DNA of 60,504 bases, counting the filler, from Sphacelaria rigidula (taxonomy: Eukaryota): the NCBI GenBank assembly GCA_964200075.2. It is 5 parts of 5 records of this genome, joined end to end, with 100 filler letters (N's around TTAATTAATTAA, not from the genome) between each part and the next. Parts side by side here need not be neighbours in the genome. Positions count along the whole stretch, not along the records: positions 12,122 to 24,142 come from CAXNAA020004221.1; positions 24,243 to 36,263 come from CAXNAA020004222.1; 3 more parts are not named here. One strand, written 5' to 3'. A program made the position numbers and the translations under genes. Of the stretch, positions 13,258 to 24,459 are shown piece after piece. How positions within the stretch are numbered: position 1 is the first letter of the stretch; each line of letters opens with the position of its first letter. The notes under the pieces were generated by a model. It was not told the DNA's origin and ran no database searches. It saw only the letters and a list, made by a program, of their open reading frames with translations.

Positions 13258-16200
13258 GGTACAACACGCAAGCATACCTTCGATGACTTACGGGATTTCG
13301 CAACACGTATTCGGCACGCTCTGGCGCCCTTGACAGTAGATGCACAACAGCCGCGAAATGTCGGGGTTCTGGCAGAGGGGGGTGGGCTGCCCTTGTATGC
13401 GTCATGGCTTGCTGTGATGTGGGAAGACTGTACAGTCGTTCCTCTGAGCACGGGCTCTCCTCCCACCCGGCTGGGCAACACGATTGCAGATTCCAACATC
13501 AAAGTCATACTTGTGACCGATAAACAGAGCGCAACTACTGGAGGGAACATCCATGAGGCAGGGTACGTCGATACGGTGGTCGACGTTCGATTGTTAGTGG
13601 AAAACCGCGACCCGTTGGAAATACGCGATCAAGGTTCGGTACTTTTCACCCGTGATAGCGAGCGAACTATACGCTCAAGCAAGGAAGCATATATATACTA
13701 CACTTCAGGTTCGTCGGGATCTCCCAAGGGGATTGCTTCGGGACATGAACCCATGCTTAACCGCCTTGGGTGGATGTGGCGGCAGTGGCCGTTCAAGGCG
13801 AACGAAGTGTGCTGTCAGCGGATCGATCACGTCTTTATCGATTTCGTATCGGAAATGTTCGGGCCGCTGTGCCGCGGCTTATCCATCGTAGTGGTCCCAG
13901 TCGCGGTTCGGCGTAGCCCGGTGCTGCTGGCGGATTTCATCCGCACTTTCGGCATCAGTCGGATCACCCTCGTGCCTACCCTGGCGCAGCTACTCATTGC
14001 CACAGCCTCTACTCCCGCCACCACTCCCATTCCTGCGCGGCACCGATGTTCTCCAGGATCTGTGGGCACCGTTGACCGTGCGAACGGCGTGTCCGGGCCA
14101 ACGAGGATGGAGGCGGTATTTCCGAGTGTTACCCTTTGGGTTTTATCTGGGGAAGCACTACCGTGGAGTATTGCACGCGGCTTGTCGCAGCTCTCGTCCC
14201 CGGAAGCTGTTGTTCTAAATTTATATGGGTCGACCGAAGTGGCAGCCGACATCACTTTTCACAGCTGCACATTTGGACAAGATGGGGCTGCTAGCAGCAT
14301 TCCCGGAGTTTTGGGGACTGCAGGTTCAGTTCCTATCGGCAGACCTATTTCAGGCTGTGGTACCGAACTTATTGAGCTCAGCGACGACGAGGATGCCGTC
14401 GCCAACAGCCCACCGGCCCTCCTGCGCAGGATCCCGCCGTCTGAGGTTGGGCGCGTGGGCGCTTTATATGTGTTCGGAGCAGGGCTGGCAACTGGGTATT
14501 GGGGTCAGCCTGTCGCCACGAAAACATGCTTCCCCGTGTACACATGGAACGGCGAAGTAGCCTCATATCGACTGGGTCATGATTTGTCCACGTCGAGCTC
14601 CGACATGCTGCCAACTCCCTCGCCTGATAGTGGCGCCGAAGTCGGCGACGAACAGAATACCAACAGAGCAGGCGGTAAGACTCTTCGTTTTTTTCGAACA
14701 GGTGACCTTGCGTCCTATGAGCGTTGTCGTGGCGGCAGTGTTGACGATGGTGCAGACTTGGTCCTGGTGTACCGCGGTCGCTTGGACCAACAGGTGAAGG
14801 TGCATGGCCAACGGCTCGATCTCGGCGAAGTCGAAGCTTCACTGATGCAGACCGACGGGGTGGTATCCGCAGCCGCGGTTGCATTGTCCAGCGTTGACGC
14901 TGACGATCGCCATGATATCTGTTACGCAGGGAGAAGGACAGGCTGCTTGATAGGGGCACTGGTGTCCCCGAATGGTGTAAATGATACGGATGTCCTGACA
15001 ATTTGCCGGAGAAACCTGCCTAGTTTCGCCGTACCTCAAGTGATTGTGACCACAGCAGCGGTACCAACTCTATCTGGGAGTGGAAAGGTCGACCGACTAG
15101 AGGTGAAGCGAATGCTGGCAAATGCTCTACGCCGCGGTAATCGTGACACAATCATGGACTACGCACAGCACAATGTGGATGACATGGCATTTCTAATAAG
15201 GAACGTGGTGAGCAGGGTTTTGCGGTATGATTCGCTGTCCTCTGCTGAAGTGCAGACGGAAAGCTCAGCATCTACGAGCGCCGTTGGGGATCAGAGTGAT
15301 ATCTTCGTTGATGTGGGGCTGTCGTCGATACAGGCCGTCCGGCTAGTGCACGAACTCCGTCGTCGACTGTACCCTAAGGGAGACGCCAGCAAACAGAACA
15401 TGGTTGGCTTGGTTGATCTTTACGAGTGTCCAACCGCTTCTTTGTTAGCCCAGAGGTTGGTAGCGTCGGCGCAATCAACACGTAGCGCGAATTCGAAGCA
15501 AGAGGAAAGGGCCGACTTGTTGGACAGCGAATCGAAAACGATTGCCTCCTGCAGCAGTGTACAGCGCAACAGTATTAGCGCTACGGAAGCGAGTGGGATA
15601 CATCTGCAACAGGTGACACCAAACATCCTTGACGAGGTATGCTTAAAAATGAGCAAGACCTTCCTCAAGTCGGAGCCGCTACTGAAGGCAGGCTACGCCC
15701 GGTGCCGAGCAACGGCTGGGCCTGTGGCAGGTGCAATTGTTCAACGATGCTACCGGCATGTGGTGCGTCACAGTACACTCTCTGTTTTACGTACCGGGGG
15801 GCGAGTCCTTGTCGCAATTGATGACAAGACAGGAAAAGTAGTGGGGTTCACTGTCGGCATCGAGATGGTTGACACTAGCGCGGGCTCTGGCTTCCAGCGT
15901 AGAAGCAATGGCGCCGGTCAAGAGGGTGGAAACGTGGGGGAAAGTCACGTTGTTGACGGTAGCTTTATCTTCGATTGTCCCGATAATGTGTGGCGACGGT
16001 GCATGAACACGTTGTTTCATTTGCCGCTTCGAAGCGTGATGGACCCTATTTCTGCTGTTATCAACGAGCTCCTTGACAGGTATCATCGTACGAGGGGGTG
16101 GGCATACGCTGCCGGAGAAATTCTGTACATTTCTGAAACGGGGTACGGTGATCATGATGACGGTATCAAACACAAGGGTGGAATAACGAGCTCCGGGGAA

Positions 16201-17409
16201 AGCAAGGGTGTCCGTGGGGTACGTGGTACTCTCGTAGTCGAAGCTCTTGAGCGGAGACTGCTGGAGGAGGCGACGGGCGTTGGTTATATCCGCGCTGTGA
16301 CAATCTGCACGAACAGGGCGACAGTGCACGTTGCTCACGAACTCGGATTCAGAGAAATTTTCCGCATTTCTCCTATCCAGACCTTTCGCCCTCGCCGTCG
16401 CCGTGAAGAGCGCTCGTGGCGTATCGCTTTCCCGTCGCAAATGCGCAGAAAACCGCCGCGGCAAGATAATTCAGGATCCTTCCGTTCCCGTGACAGCGAT
16501 GTCGGCAGAGTTACGAGTGTGGGGTGCATGAAAAGGAGAAAGCGGCGACTGCATCCCTTTGCGAGGGTGGCTGAAGAGCACAACTCGGTGGTGCTTTTCG
16601 AGAAGGTTCTCGTGCCGCGTGTGCCGCCCGATCTGTTCCTCGGACGAGCTCTAGCAGCGCCACCAGCAGTATCGCCAGCACATGTAGTAAGGGTAGCGTC
16701 CCGTGTCGGTGGATGGAAGTTGGTACCATTGCACGAGACAGCCTGGGACCATCGTTCGGCGGCCCTCGCTATTCTAGCAGATGCACTTCCCGCCCTCGGA
16801 GCCTCCGGTCATGCAGTCCAATATATGACGACCGATGGTACGGAAGATAGGGAGGCGTTTGTCATCCTGACTGCTAAAACAGTGCTGGCTGAGCCGGTGG
16901 TGGGAAAAGAGGCAGCGGGCGGTACTGCGTCGTCAGGTATCAGTCACCCGACAAAGGAGCGGTGCTGCCCAGCGTCAATTTCGTGCTCCGGACCAACCTG
17001 GTCGGTGGTCGGTTGCGTCTCTTGGCGCCGTGGCGGTGTCCCATCCATCTCTCCCGACGAAACCCCGAACGTCAACATCACTAGGCAGGCATCCGCGTGC
17101 AGAGAAGACAGTGTTAGCTCAAGTGTTGCGTTGCCTTGGCGGGAAATACTTGTGCTGGCATTGGATCAACGATGGCGATATCGAGGTGTGGGGACATCGA
17201 TTGTTCGACGGATTATAGCTGATAGCATCCGGCAGGGGGACCGTCGGCTTTACGTGCGGAGCTTGGCGGAGAGCGTGGCATTTTACGAACGCTTAGGATT
17301 TCACGAGCAAAATGCAGAGGGAAGGTGGCCTGCACACCAAGAGATAATCCCCGCCGACGAGGAGTGTCTGTTGGTGTACGAAGTTGATTATGGGAAAGAT
17401 TCTGTGTGA
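13258..17409 (+). CDS. Ebony-like NRPS: adenylation, thiolation, AANAT-fold domain, C-terminal GNAT (main exon; 5' end uncertain)
   Basis: A motifs YTSGSSGSPKG, FIDFVSE, SGEAL, NLYGSTE, FRTGDL, RGRLDQQVKVHGQRLDLGEVE, SGKVDR; T motif DIFVDVGLSSI (Ser codon 15325-15327); AANAT-like TFLKSEPLL...VAIDDKTGKVVGF...TNRATVHVAHELGF; GNAT WRYRGVG...SVAFYERLGF; no stop over ~1380 codons. Confidence 0.9.
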   Translation, partial: GTTRKHTFDDLRDFATRIRHALAPLTVDAQQPRNVGVLAEGGGLPLYASWLAVMWEDCTVVPLSTGSPPTRLGNTIADSNIKVILVTDKQSATTGGNIHEAGYVDTVVDVRLLVENRDPLEIRDQGSVLFTRDSERTIRSSKEAYIYYTSGSSGSPKGIASGHEPMLNRLGWMWRQWPFKANEVCCQRIDHVFIDFVSEMFGPLCRGLSIVVVPVAVRRSPVLLADFIRTFGISRITLVPTLAQLLIATASTPATTPIPARHRCSPGSVGTVDRANGVSGPTRMEAVFPSVTLWVLSGEALPWSIARGLSQLSSPEAVVLNLYGSTEVAADITFHSCTFGQDGAASSIPGVLGTAGSVPIGRPISGCGTELIELSDDEDAVANSPPALLRRIPPSEVGRVGALYVFGAGLATGYWGQPVATKTCFPVYTWNGEVASYRLGHDLSTSSSDMLPTPSPDSGAEVGDEQNTNRAGGKTLRFFRTGDLASYERCRGGSVDDGADLVLVYRGRLDQQVKVHGQRLDLGEVEASLMQTDGVVSAAAVALSSVDADDRHDICYAGRRTGCLIGALVSPNGVNDTDVLTICRRNLPSFAVPQVIVTTAAVPTLSGSGKVDRLEVKRMLANALRRGNRDTIMDYAQHNVDDMAFLIRNVVSRVLRYDSLSSAEVQTESSASTSAVGDQSDIFVDVGLSSIQAVRLVHELRRRLYPKGDASKQNMVGLVDLYECPTASLLAQRLVASAQSTRSANSKQEERADLLDSESKTIASCSSVQRNSISATEASGIHLQQVTPNILDEVCLKMSKTFLKSEPLLKAGYARCRATAGPVAGAIVQRCYRHVVRHSTLSVLRTGGRVLVAIDDKTGKVVGFTVGIEMVDTSAGSGFQRRSNGAGQEGGNVGESHVVDGSFIFDCPDNVWRRCMNTLFHLPLRSVMDPISAVINELLDRYHRTRGWAYAAGEILYISETGYGDHDDGIKHKGGITSSGESKGVRGVRGTLVVEALERRLLEEATGVGYIRAVTICTNRATVHVAHELGFREIFRISPIQTFRPRRRREERSWRIAFPSQMRRKPPRQDNSGSFRSRDSDVGRVTSVGCMKRRKRRLHPFARVAEEHNSVVLFEKVLVPRVPPDLFLGRALAAPPAVSPAHVVRVASRVGGWKLVPLHETAWDHRSAALAILADALPALGASGHAVQYMTTDGTEDREAFVILTAKTVLAEPVVGKEAAGGTASSGISHPTKERCCPASISCSGPTWSVVGCVSWRRGGVPSISPDETPNVNITRQASACREDSVSSSVALPWREILVLALDQRWRYRGVGTSIVRRIIADSIRQGDRRLYVRSLAESVAFYERLGFHEQNAEGRWPAHQEIIPADEECLLVYEVDYGKDSV

Positions 17410-18119
17410 TGGTGTTGACACCGTTATTCCTTCCGCTGGTTGGGCCCGTCAGTATTGAAAATAAATCTTGGGTTTCTCTCCGGGAGTCGTGATACCGATG
17501 TGACGAGCGTGAGCTGGATAGCGTGACTGTGTGACGTGTTGTCCTCTACAAAGAGCGTGGTCACAGCGCTATTTTTGTAGCGTTTCGGACAGATATAGTT
17601 CGAGAAGAAGTCGATGGTGAATTTGATCACGCGAATACAGTCCACCATCACGGCATGCACCTGTCTGGAATTCCCGAGATACCTTGCATGTCAGGGGCTG
17701 CGACGTCAACGGAGCTAGGAACAAACACAGAAGAGCGACCATGGAAATGGACGTATGGAAATGCCCGAAAATAGCATCCGTCGGTGCCGATCCCAAAACA
17801 CAGGGACCAAGAAAGCAGGCACAGATGCAACTCACGAAAAAAGCAGAAGTAACAAATATCGTAAATTTCGTTCCTGAAGTATATGTATATATATATATAT
17901 ATCTTTGCAGACAACACGTGTCAGTGAACTCACGAAACACAATTATATTGAAGCTATCTAGCGTCGTTCCTTTTCAATGATATGGAAGCTTTTATCACCT
18001 TTAACTGCATTTTAACTTCAGTGCAAACACAGGATTCACAAATTGGGGATGGATTTTTAGTTGACGGTAAGAAAGAAACCCTGAGAATTCAAATCTTCGT
18101 ATACACGTGTACACATCAA

Positions 18120-18230
18120 ATCTTCGAAATATAGTTCCCTTCCTTCACTTACTGGTAGCTACTGACAAGTACTACACGCCATACAAATTTGAACTTCGAT
18201 AACCGTAATGTTGGGGTCCCAGGTGAAAAG
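18120..18230. repeat. Dispersed repeat fragment, also at ~49040-49160
   Basis: TCTTCGAAATA..TTCCTTCA..TACTGGTAGC..TGACAA.TACTACACGCCAT shared between two segments. Confidence 0.6.
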
Positions 18231-19969
18231 CAATTTGGGGTAATATTTGCCGCTTCGTCCGCTGAAATAATCATCGCTTCGACCCACACTGCGACCAACA
18301 CGACTTGGGCCACCGACACGGCCGCTTCAACACCAGCCTCCGTCATCGATAACGAAACACTGGAAGATTCAGCGTCATCAGGTGTCACATGCTGAATTTC
18401 CCGACGCCAACACCTTGTATTCAATGATGAAAAAACGCTCGAGGCGAAGACTATCTCTCGGAATCCCACAACAAAGACAACACCTGTAAGGATCAGCTAA
18501 CGGCTGAACAAGAACCCATCTCGGGAAAACCCGCCTGCTCACAGAGTAACCTTTCGGAACGACTTATGTGCTGTAAACAAACATGCATCTGAGGCTGTAG
18601 CTTCGTCGCTACTTCACACTGCGGTGAACGTGTTACGGACCCAGTGTGCAGAAAAATGTCCGACAGAGTGCTGCAGAGAAGTCACCGAGGCATGCGTGTG
18701 GCAACCTATCTTCCTTCACCACAAAACATACACAAGCGCAACTAACCCCAGATCCTGACTAAAAACCAAACCGCCCACGAATCTATACCCACGAGGAAGG
18801 ACCACAGCAAAGGCTGGAAGCCTGAGGCAAAGCACCCGGGTGAATAGGGTTCGGGAAAAACAGGTCGAAAAATACAGAATAAAGGGGGGAGGGGCTGCCT
18901 ACGCCCTCGGCAAATGAATAAATGCTCAGTCTCACGTACTCAAGAATTCCGCGACTTCCTTTCCAAGAATGTATGATTTTTCCCGTCACACGCTCAACCC
19001 TTCCTCTTCCTCAAGACGAGTCCATGACCCCAACGCATCATCAGCTCATCTCTCCCACACGGTAATGCCTCACATTTTGGTACCGTATACCAGATTGAGC
19101 CCGCACTTCCGCAGCGCGTCGACCGTCGTGAAACAAGCTCAGTTGAACAAACTCCCTCCTCTCCTCTTCTCGTCCTCACGATTCCAGCGACGGTTATGAG
19201 ATATGTCGCAGGAAAAATCCACACTAACAAGGACATCTGCTGGTGACCGAACCCACACTTCCCCCATCTGGTGCTATCAGTTGTACCATTAGACGAGCTA
19301 GGGGCGCGCGACTTGCTCGAATTCTTACACATCGTGGGGTGGTGCAGTCTAGCAACTTTGATGAGCGCTGAGTCCTGTGATAATGCCACTAATTGATCAA
19401 GAGAGGAATAGTTTCCCTCGGCGTGGAATGAGGCAAAGCGAACTAATTCACCGACAATATATTGGAAATATAATCTCTGGATACCGAATATGGATGAACT
19501 ACAGTACGTATGTGTATTATACCAGTGCCACCTCAGCCGGAAGAAAACCTCGCACCCCAAAATGAACAGCCATCCCCATACAAATATTTACACACATCAG
19601 CAATACATTCCCCCGTCTCTGCTGTGTATTTCTGAACTGAAAAGAAGGGTAATTCATGATGATCGCTTCATCGCGCGTGCTGTCTGCAAGCGTAGGACTA
19701 CGACGCCCGTGCATGCATACATATTATGGCACACTTTTGGTCATTGGTGATCCATACAATGCACCGCCGTAAGATCACCAAATATGTGCTGACCATCTCC
19801 CGTCAGCACAAGCTTGGCAACGCTGGTCGACTTGCCTAAACGTTGTTTAATTTCTGCAACGTTCAGGCGTGGGGGAATATCTCATTTCACGGAGGTGCTT
19901 AAGCCTCATTTCTTCATAATATAGCTATACAGGCAAGAACGACACAAGCGCATCGCCCTCCAAAATTTT

Positions 19970-20200
19970 CAAGGCTGTGTTCTGTAGGGTATACAGGGTG
20001 AAATGTGGGTATTTACATGAGAATAGAAGAGATATTTTATCGGTAAATACCCCTCCGAACCCGAACCGATCGTTCGGAACAATGCTCGATAGCCTCCTGG
20101 ACCATACCGGAATGCTCGGTGAACATTCACGTATGGCTTAGTATCCCAATAAAAAACCTCTCGCTCCCTGGTACTGTATACCCTACAGAACGCGACCTTC
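19970..20200. mobile_element. MITE, hAT-like
   Basis: TIRs CAAGGCTGTGTTCTGTAGGGTATACAG / CTGTATACCCTACAGAACGCGACCTTC; AAATTTT on both flanks. Confidence 0.75.
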
Positions 20201-20331
20201 AAATTTTGGATCTCGCAGATTGTCGCACGGAACGCCCGCGATGTTACCGTACTGTTCTAACACATCAACAAGCGACGAGCGAAACATGCAGCAGGCATTG
20301 CTGTTATCATGTGCAGGCCTCCGCGGTGTCC

Positions 20332-20442
20332 TCAAGTAGCTCGCTCGGTGATAAATTTGGCCACCATTTCGCCGTACTCCTTGCTTTTCTCCGGCGTATC
20401 TTGGAAGATCTGGTGGAAGGAACCGTCCAGCGGGATGCATAC
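20332..20442 (-). CDS. Alpha/beta hydrolase (monoglyceride-lipase-like), terminal exon
   Basis: VCIPLDGSFHQIFQDTPEKSKEYGEMVAKFITERAT*; probable catalytic His in GSFHQ; TTTCAG| acceptor, phase 0. Confidence 0.85.
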   Translation of the reverse strand, partial: VCIPLDGSFHQIFQDTPEKSKEYGEMVAKFITERAT

Positions 20443-20984
20443 CTGAAATTGAGTGAAGTATGAACGCGGTGCAGCGACAGAAGAATAATGACACGTAATT
20501 CAGTGATTTGCCGAAGTAAGACCCCATCAACAACTATCGGCCAATAATTTACGGTCGACGGGTGACGTCAGCTTCAGGCCCTTTGAAGCGGAGCAATTTT
20601 GGGATATGGACATAGTGGGCAATTGCATAAAAAGAAGGGAAAATATTAACAACAAAAAGACGAAATACAATCGGCACACCATTTCGCAACGCTGCGATGC
20701 ATGAGGCAGATTTCATTGTCCTCCCCCCAGCGGATTGAATATGATAACGAGTGCACGGCGGGGTAGGCTATAATTGAAAAGATGCTCGACAAAGAAAACT
20801 AGCGCTCTTCAGCCAACGCCTGCTAGAATGAGAAATTGACAGTGAACACACTTATCATGCGATGTCAATGGTGACCCTCCAGGTCGCACGGTCTCCTTGC
20901 TGCCAGCAGCATGTGTCTTGAATTTTGAGGAAAACACGTTAGCGATCACATGTTCTATGGCGGCAATAGGTGAGTGATAGATTG

Positions 20985-21065
20985 TTCGATTGATTGGTTG
21001 GTTGGAAGATTGGTTGGTTGATTGATTGTCGCATTTTTACCGATACCCCAGGGGTCCAGCCGTGA
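20985..21065 (-). mobile_element. Non-LTR retroposon 3' end with (AATC/AACC)n tail
   Basis: Reverse complement resembles the 1541-1590 insert (CACGGCTGGACCC..TGCGAC.ATCAATCAA). Confidence 0.6.
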
Positions 21066-21294
21066 ACGTCGACCAATTTGTATAATGGCCCAGGATGATT
21101 CAATTAGGGAGCAGTCACCCGTATCTGCCTTTCATCACCATCATATACATACCACCAAATTCTATTCGGCGCATGTGTGTACACGACTGTGAAACAACAG
21201 AAAGTCAAAAAGTCTCAATCTGGAGTTGCTCGACTGGCATCACAGGTGTCACACCCTGAAAAAACTGGAGACCCCCACAACCACGAAGTTTGGA

Positions 21295-21535
21295 TGGCTA
21301 TATCGTGGGTACACAAAATTTGACGAAGTGATCGACGAGAGAAAGGAACTGCTGAACCCTTCTCGCGATAAAAAATGAAGGCAAGCACCGCAGAAAGAAG
21401 GTGAGGAACTAAAGCAAATAAAAAAGAAACGACACTGTGTTGGCCTTCGTCCTGTGTGACACCGGCTGGTGCGCCCACATACCCCGAAAGTTGAGGACCG
21501 GCGTCGAGAATAGATGAGATGACTACACACGCACA
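21295..21535 (+). mobile_element. SINE family A, 5'-truncated copy in hydrolase intron
   Basis: TCGTGGGTACACAAAATTTGAC...GGAACTGCTGAACCC...CCGGCTGGTGCGCCCAC shared with other copies. Confidence 0.75.
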
Positions 21536-23075
21536 TGTAGAGTCCATTCTTCGCTTGTTCTCTTCGTGGCGATGTATGCGCCAAATACAAATACGATAGA
21601 ACGCAGGCGCTGGTTTTCAATGATCGACACCTCCCAAAATTGATGCTAGTGGTAATGAACACAACGGACTAGTGAGAGCATCTGGTGCCCAGAGATACTA
21701 ACATATCTGCTGTGGTGAGGTGGGCCGAGCTTCCTCGAAGAACACGGCTAGCTGTTCGAGAAAGAGTTGTTACTTCGAACATCTTGACACTGCTTGTACC
21801 ATCGGCGTCTCTTATATAGTTGCGTGTATGGTGCCATAGGCCACAAAGCCAACGATATGCGCGTGCACGATGGGGCGCATGTAGCATAGCAATAATCGTC
21901 GACAACCCCCAGAGGAATCACTATTCGAGGATGGATGGAAACAATAACCGCACGACTCACGGCATGATCCGATTTTCAACAAAAAGACAAATGTTCCGGC
22001 TAAAAAACGAAAACGGCGCAACTGCGGTAGATTTACAGATGATTTTCGTAGGAAACTACGTCCTCTTCGACGAACTGTTAATATGTGGCAATGGGAGACC
22101 GCGTTCGAAGAGTGGGATGTTTCCCGAGTCATAGCAGGTGTTTCTTTTGTGATATCGAGCCCCATGAGCTACGACCTCGCCATGCTAACGGCCGTACCAA
22201 TATTATAGCGGTGTGACGCAATACGCAATATGCTATGGGAGCGTCACGTTCTGAAAGTGACGAATTTTGGAATGGAAGGCTTTTCGACGAGCAGCTAACG
22301 ATGCAGTAGCGCATGATTGAATAGCCGGATCTATTTCTGCCGACTTGATTTTTGTGTGCCGCCAGGTGTTCTGCATACTCACGTCCTTGTTTTATCATGC
22401 GACCATTGCTTGTGCTGGGTCTTCTCCTTCACCCCGTTTTGTTTTTTAGGCCTATTTATCACGAGGCATCTGGTCTAGAGATGAGACGGGACACTCCACA
22501 CTTCCATACAATTAGAAGTGCACTATGGACGTCTACAGTATAGTCACGACACATAGCTGTATCTTCAACGTTGTGTAGTGGCGTTAATTTTCAAAAATAC
22601 ATGAGTAATCAATGAAGTACAACATGAACGATCACGGTGACAAATACCGCAACGGTTTTCCGGACTCAAGAGGGTTACGCACTTAGCGTGGCCGCTCAAG
22701 TCAAAGGGGAAGACGCGCTTGGCTCCTTCTCTCTTCTAAACCAAGAAAGCAATCGGCCACCAGCACGCGGCCTGTAGAGTGCACCGAGTGGGGGTTGTAC
22801 ATTTTGTATGACAACGGCGTTAAACTAGGTAAGCATCTGCCGTACACGATGACAGTGCATTGACATCAGGGATTTCAACATTGTCCACGAATCGAGGGTA
22901 ACTTGAAACTGTGCTGGCGGCGCGTTTTTTCACACCTGCACATGCCATGTTGTTTGCACTGAACGTTCCTGCGACCTCCGGTGCGTGGAAAGTTGATCGT
23001 TCCGTTCTGCAGTTCTCTAGAAAATCACACAGGCTGAGCTACACGTGTCACGCTCGCGTACGCTGCCCTCGTCAC

Positions 23076-23171
23076 CTTGTCGTCCACCTCCATCGAGTCC
23101 ACCAATTTCTTGGTGCCCTCATAAAAAACGCGCTCGTCTCCCTTGTAGTGCATCATCAGCACGCTCTTCAC
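23076..23171 (-). CDS. Alpha/beta hydrolase, penultimate exon
   Basis: VKSVLMMHYKGDERVFYEGTKKLVDSMEVDDK (probable catalytic Asp region); strong polypyrimidine acceptor TTCCTTGCAG|; donor |GTGACG; 96 nt, phase 0-0. Confidence 0.85.
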
Positions 23172-24002
23172 CTGCAAGGAATACAGAGGGAAGCAAGGCG
23201 ACCGCGGCTGCGTGAGTAACACAGGCACAAAATAAGCTCTATACAAAGAAACACGCGGCTTATGTGTCAAGCTTCACGACTTCAAAGGTGTAGCTACATG
23301 CGTTGGGGAATTACATTAACGAATTTCCTCCTCTTCATTTTTACTCGTACACCTGGTTCGGTGTGCACACAGACATTTACGGAGAACACGAAGATGCCCG
23401 GGGCTGCTGCGTGCACAATTTATGCACGGTACTGCTGTATACAGGCATTGCTTCCGCATACTCGAAGGGTACAAGCACGTGAGGAGTTTGCGCAGCAGGG
23501 TGGGTGTACGACTGTACTGTACAGTAGTCGTGAATCACTCCTCAGCTACACTACAGTGAACAGCAGGATGTACTGCATTTGCCACTTGAAGCCCATGGCG
23601 TACACTGATTGGACGGCGGGGTGAATCACGGTAATCTGGTGTCTCCAAGCACAAAAACTGAGTCACCCGGCGTGCCGATGCTAGGCAAAACCGCCGCTGA
23701 CTTTTGACAAGGCGTTTCCAGCGTATTTGGCGCGTTGGCCACCACTGTATAAGCTGGGGGCAACTTGCCGACGTCACCGCTTTTGGCCTAATGCTCTGTG
23801 ACTTCCCTTGGAAAGACAGCAAAAGTTTGAAACCTTGCCACCGAGAAATGCAAATATTACAGTCAGTACGGTACACAAAGCACGGTGCAGAGTACAACGG
23901 TAAAGCGTGTGCTGTCGGGCACGGTACTGCACCGTGTCTACCGTATTGAGCCTACTAGTAGTTGGTACGAATGTTTAGCCCTCACATTCTATGTATTCCC
24001 AC

Positions 24003-24142
24003 CTGAATCTTGGGACCATCCTTTTGCGCCAACGCCATCGCGTCCAGCGCGCCCACCATGTACCCTAGGCGAGGGGGCTCCTTATCAATAACAAGGGGAT
24101 CTTCGCGCGCAGCAGGTCCTACCTCAGGGTCACCGAACGCAC
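24003..24142 (-). CDS. Alpha/beta hydrolase, partial exon cut by segment end
   Basis: AFGDPEVGPAAREDPLVIDKEPPRLGYMVGALDAMALAQKDGPKIQ, like the DPL..R region of monoglyceride lipases; donor CAG|GTGGGA, phase 0. Confidence 0.82.
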
Positions 24143-24242
24143 NNNNNNNNNNNNNNNNNNNNNNNNNNNNNNNNNNNNNNNNNNNNTTAATTAATTAANN
24201 NNNNNNNNNNNNNNNNNNNNNNNNNNNNNNNNNNNNNNNNNN
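24143..24242. other. Artificial contig spacer
   Basis: 100-bp N/TTAATTAATTAA block. Confidence 0.98.
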
Positions 24243-24459
24243 GAGAGTTTGGTAATCGCCGAGCGGGGACACACGCAGGCCGCGGGCGAGGAGCTTTCTT
24301 TCTGTCGTTGCTTCTCTCTCTGGTAATGTCCTCGACACATGTACACCGCATTCGTTACGTGCACCTAGCCACAGGTGCTCAACTGCTGCGGTCATTTGGG
24401 GGGGAAGATGGCTTTGCTAGATCGCTAGTGTTTCGGCGGGTCTTTCGTGCAAGACAGAT

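Noticed and set aside
11519-13258. EHD-NRPS gene cluster
   Set aside because: Separated by an artificial spacer, so the two genes are on different segments
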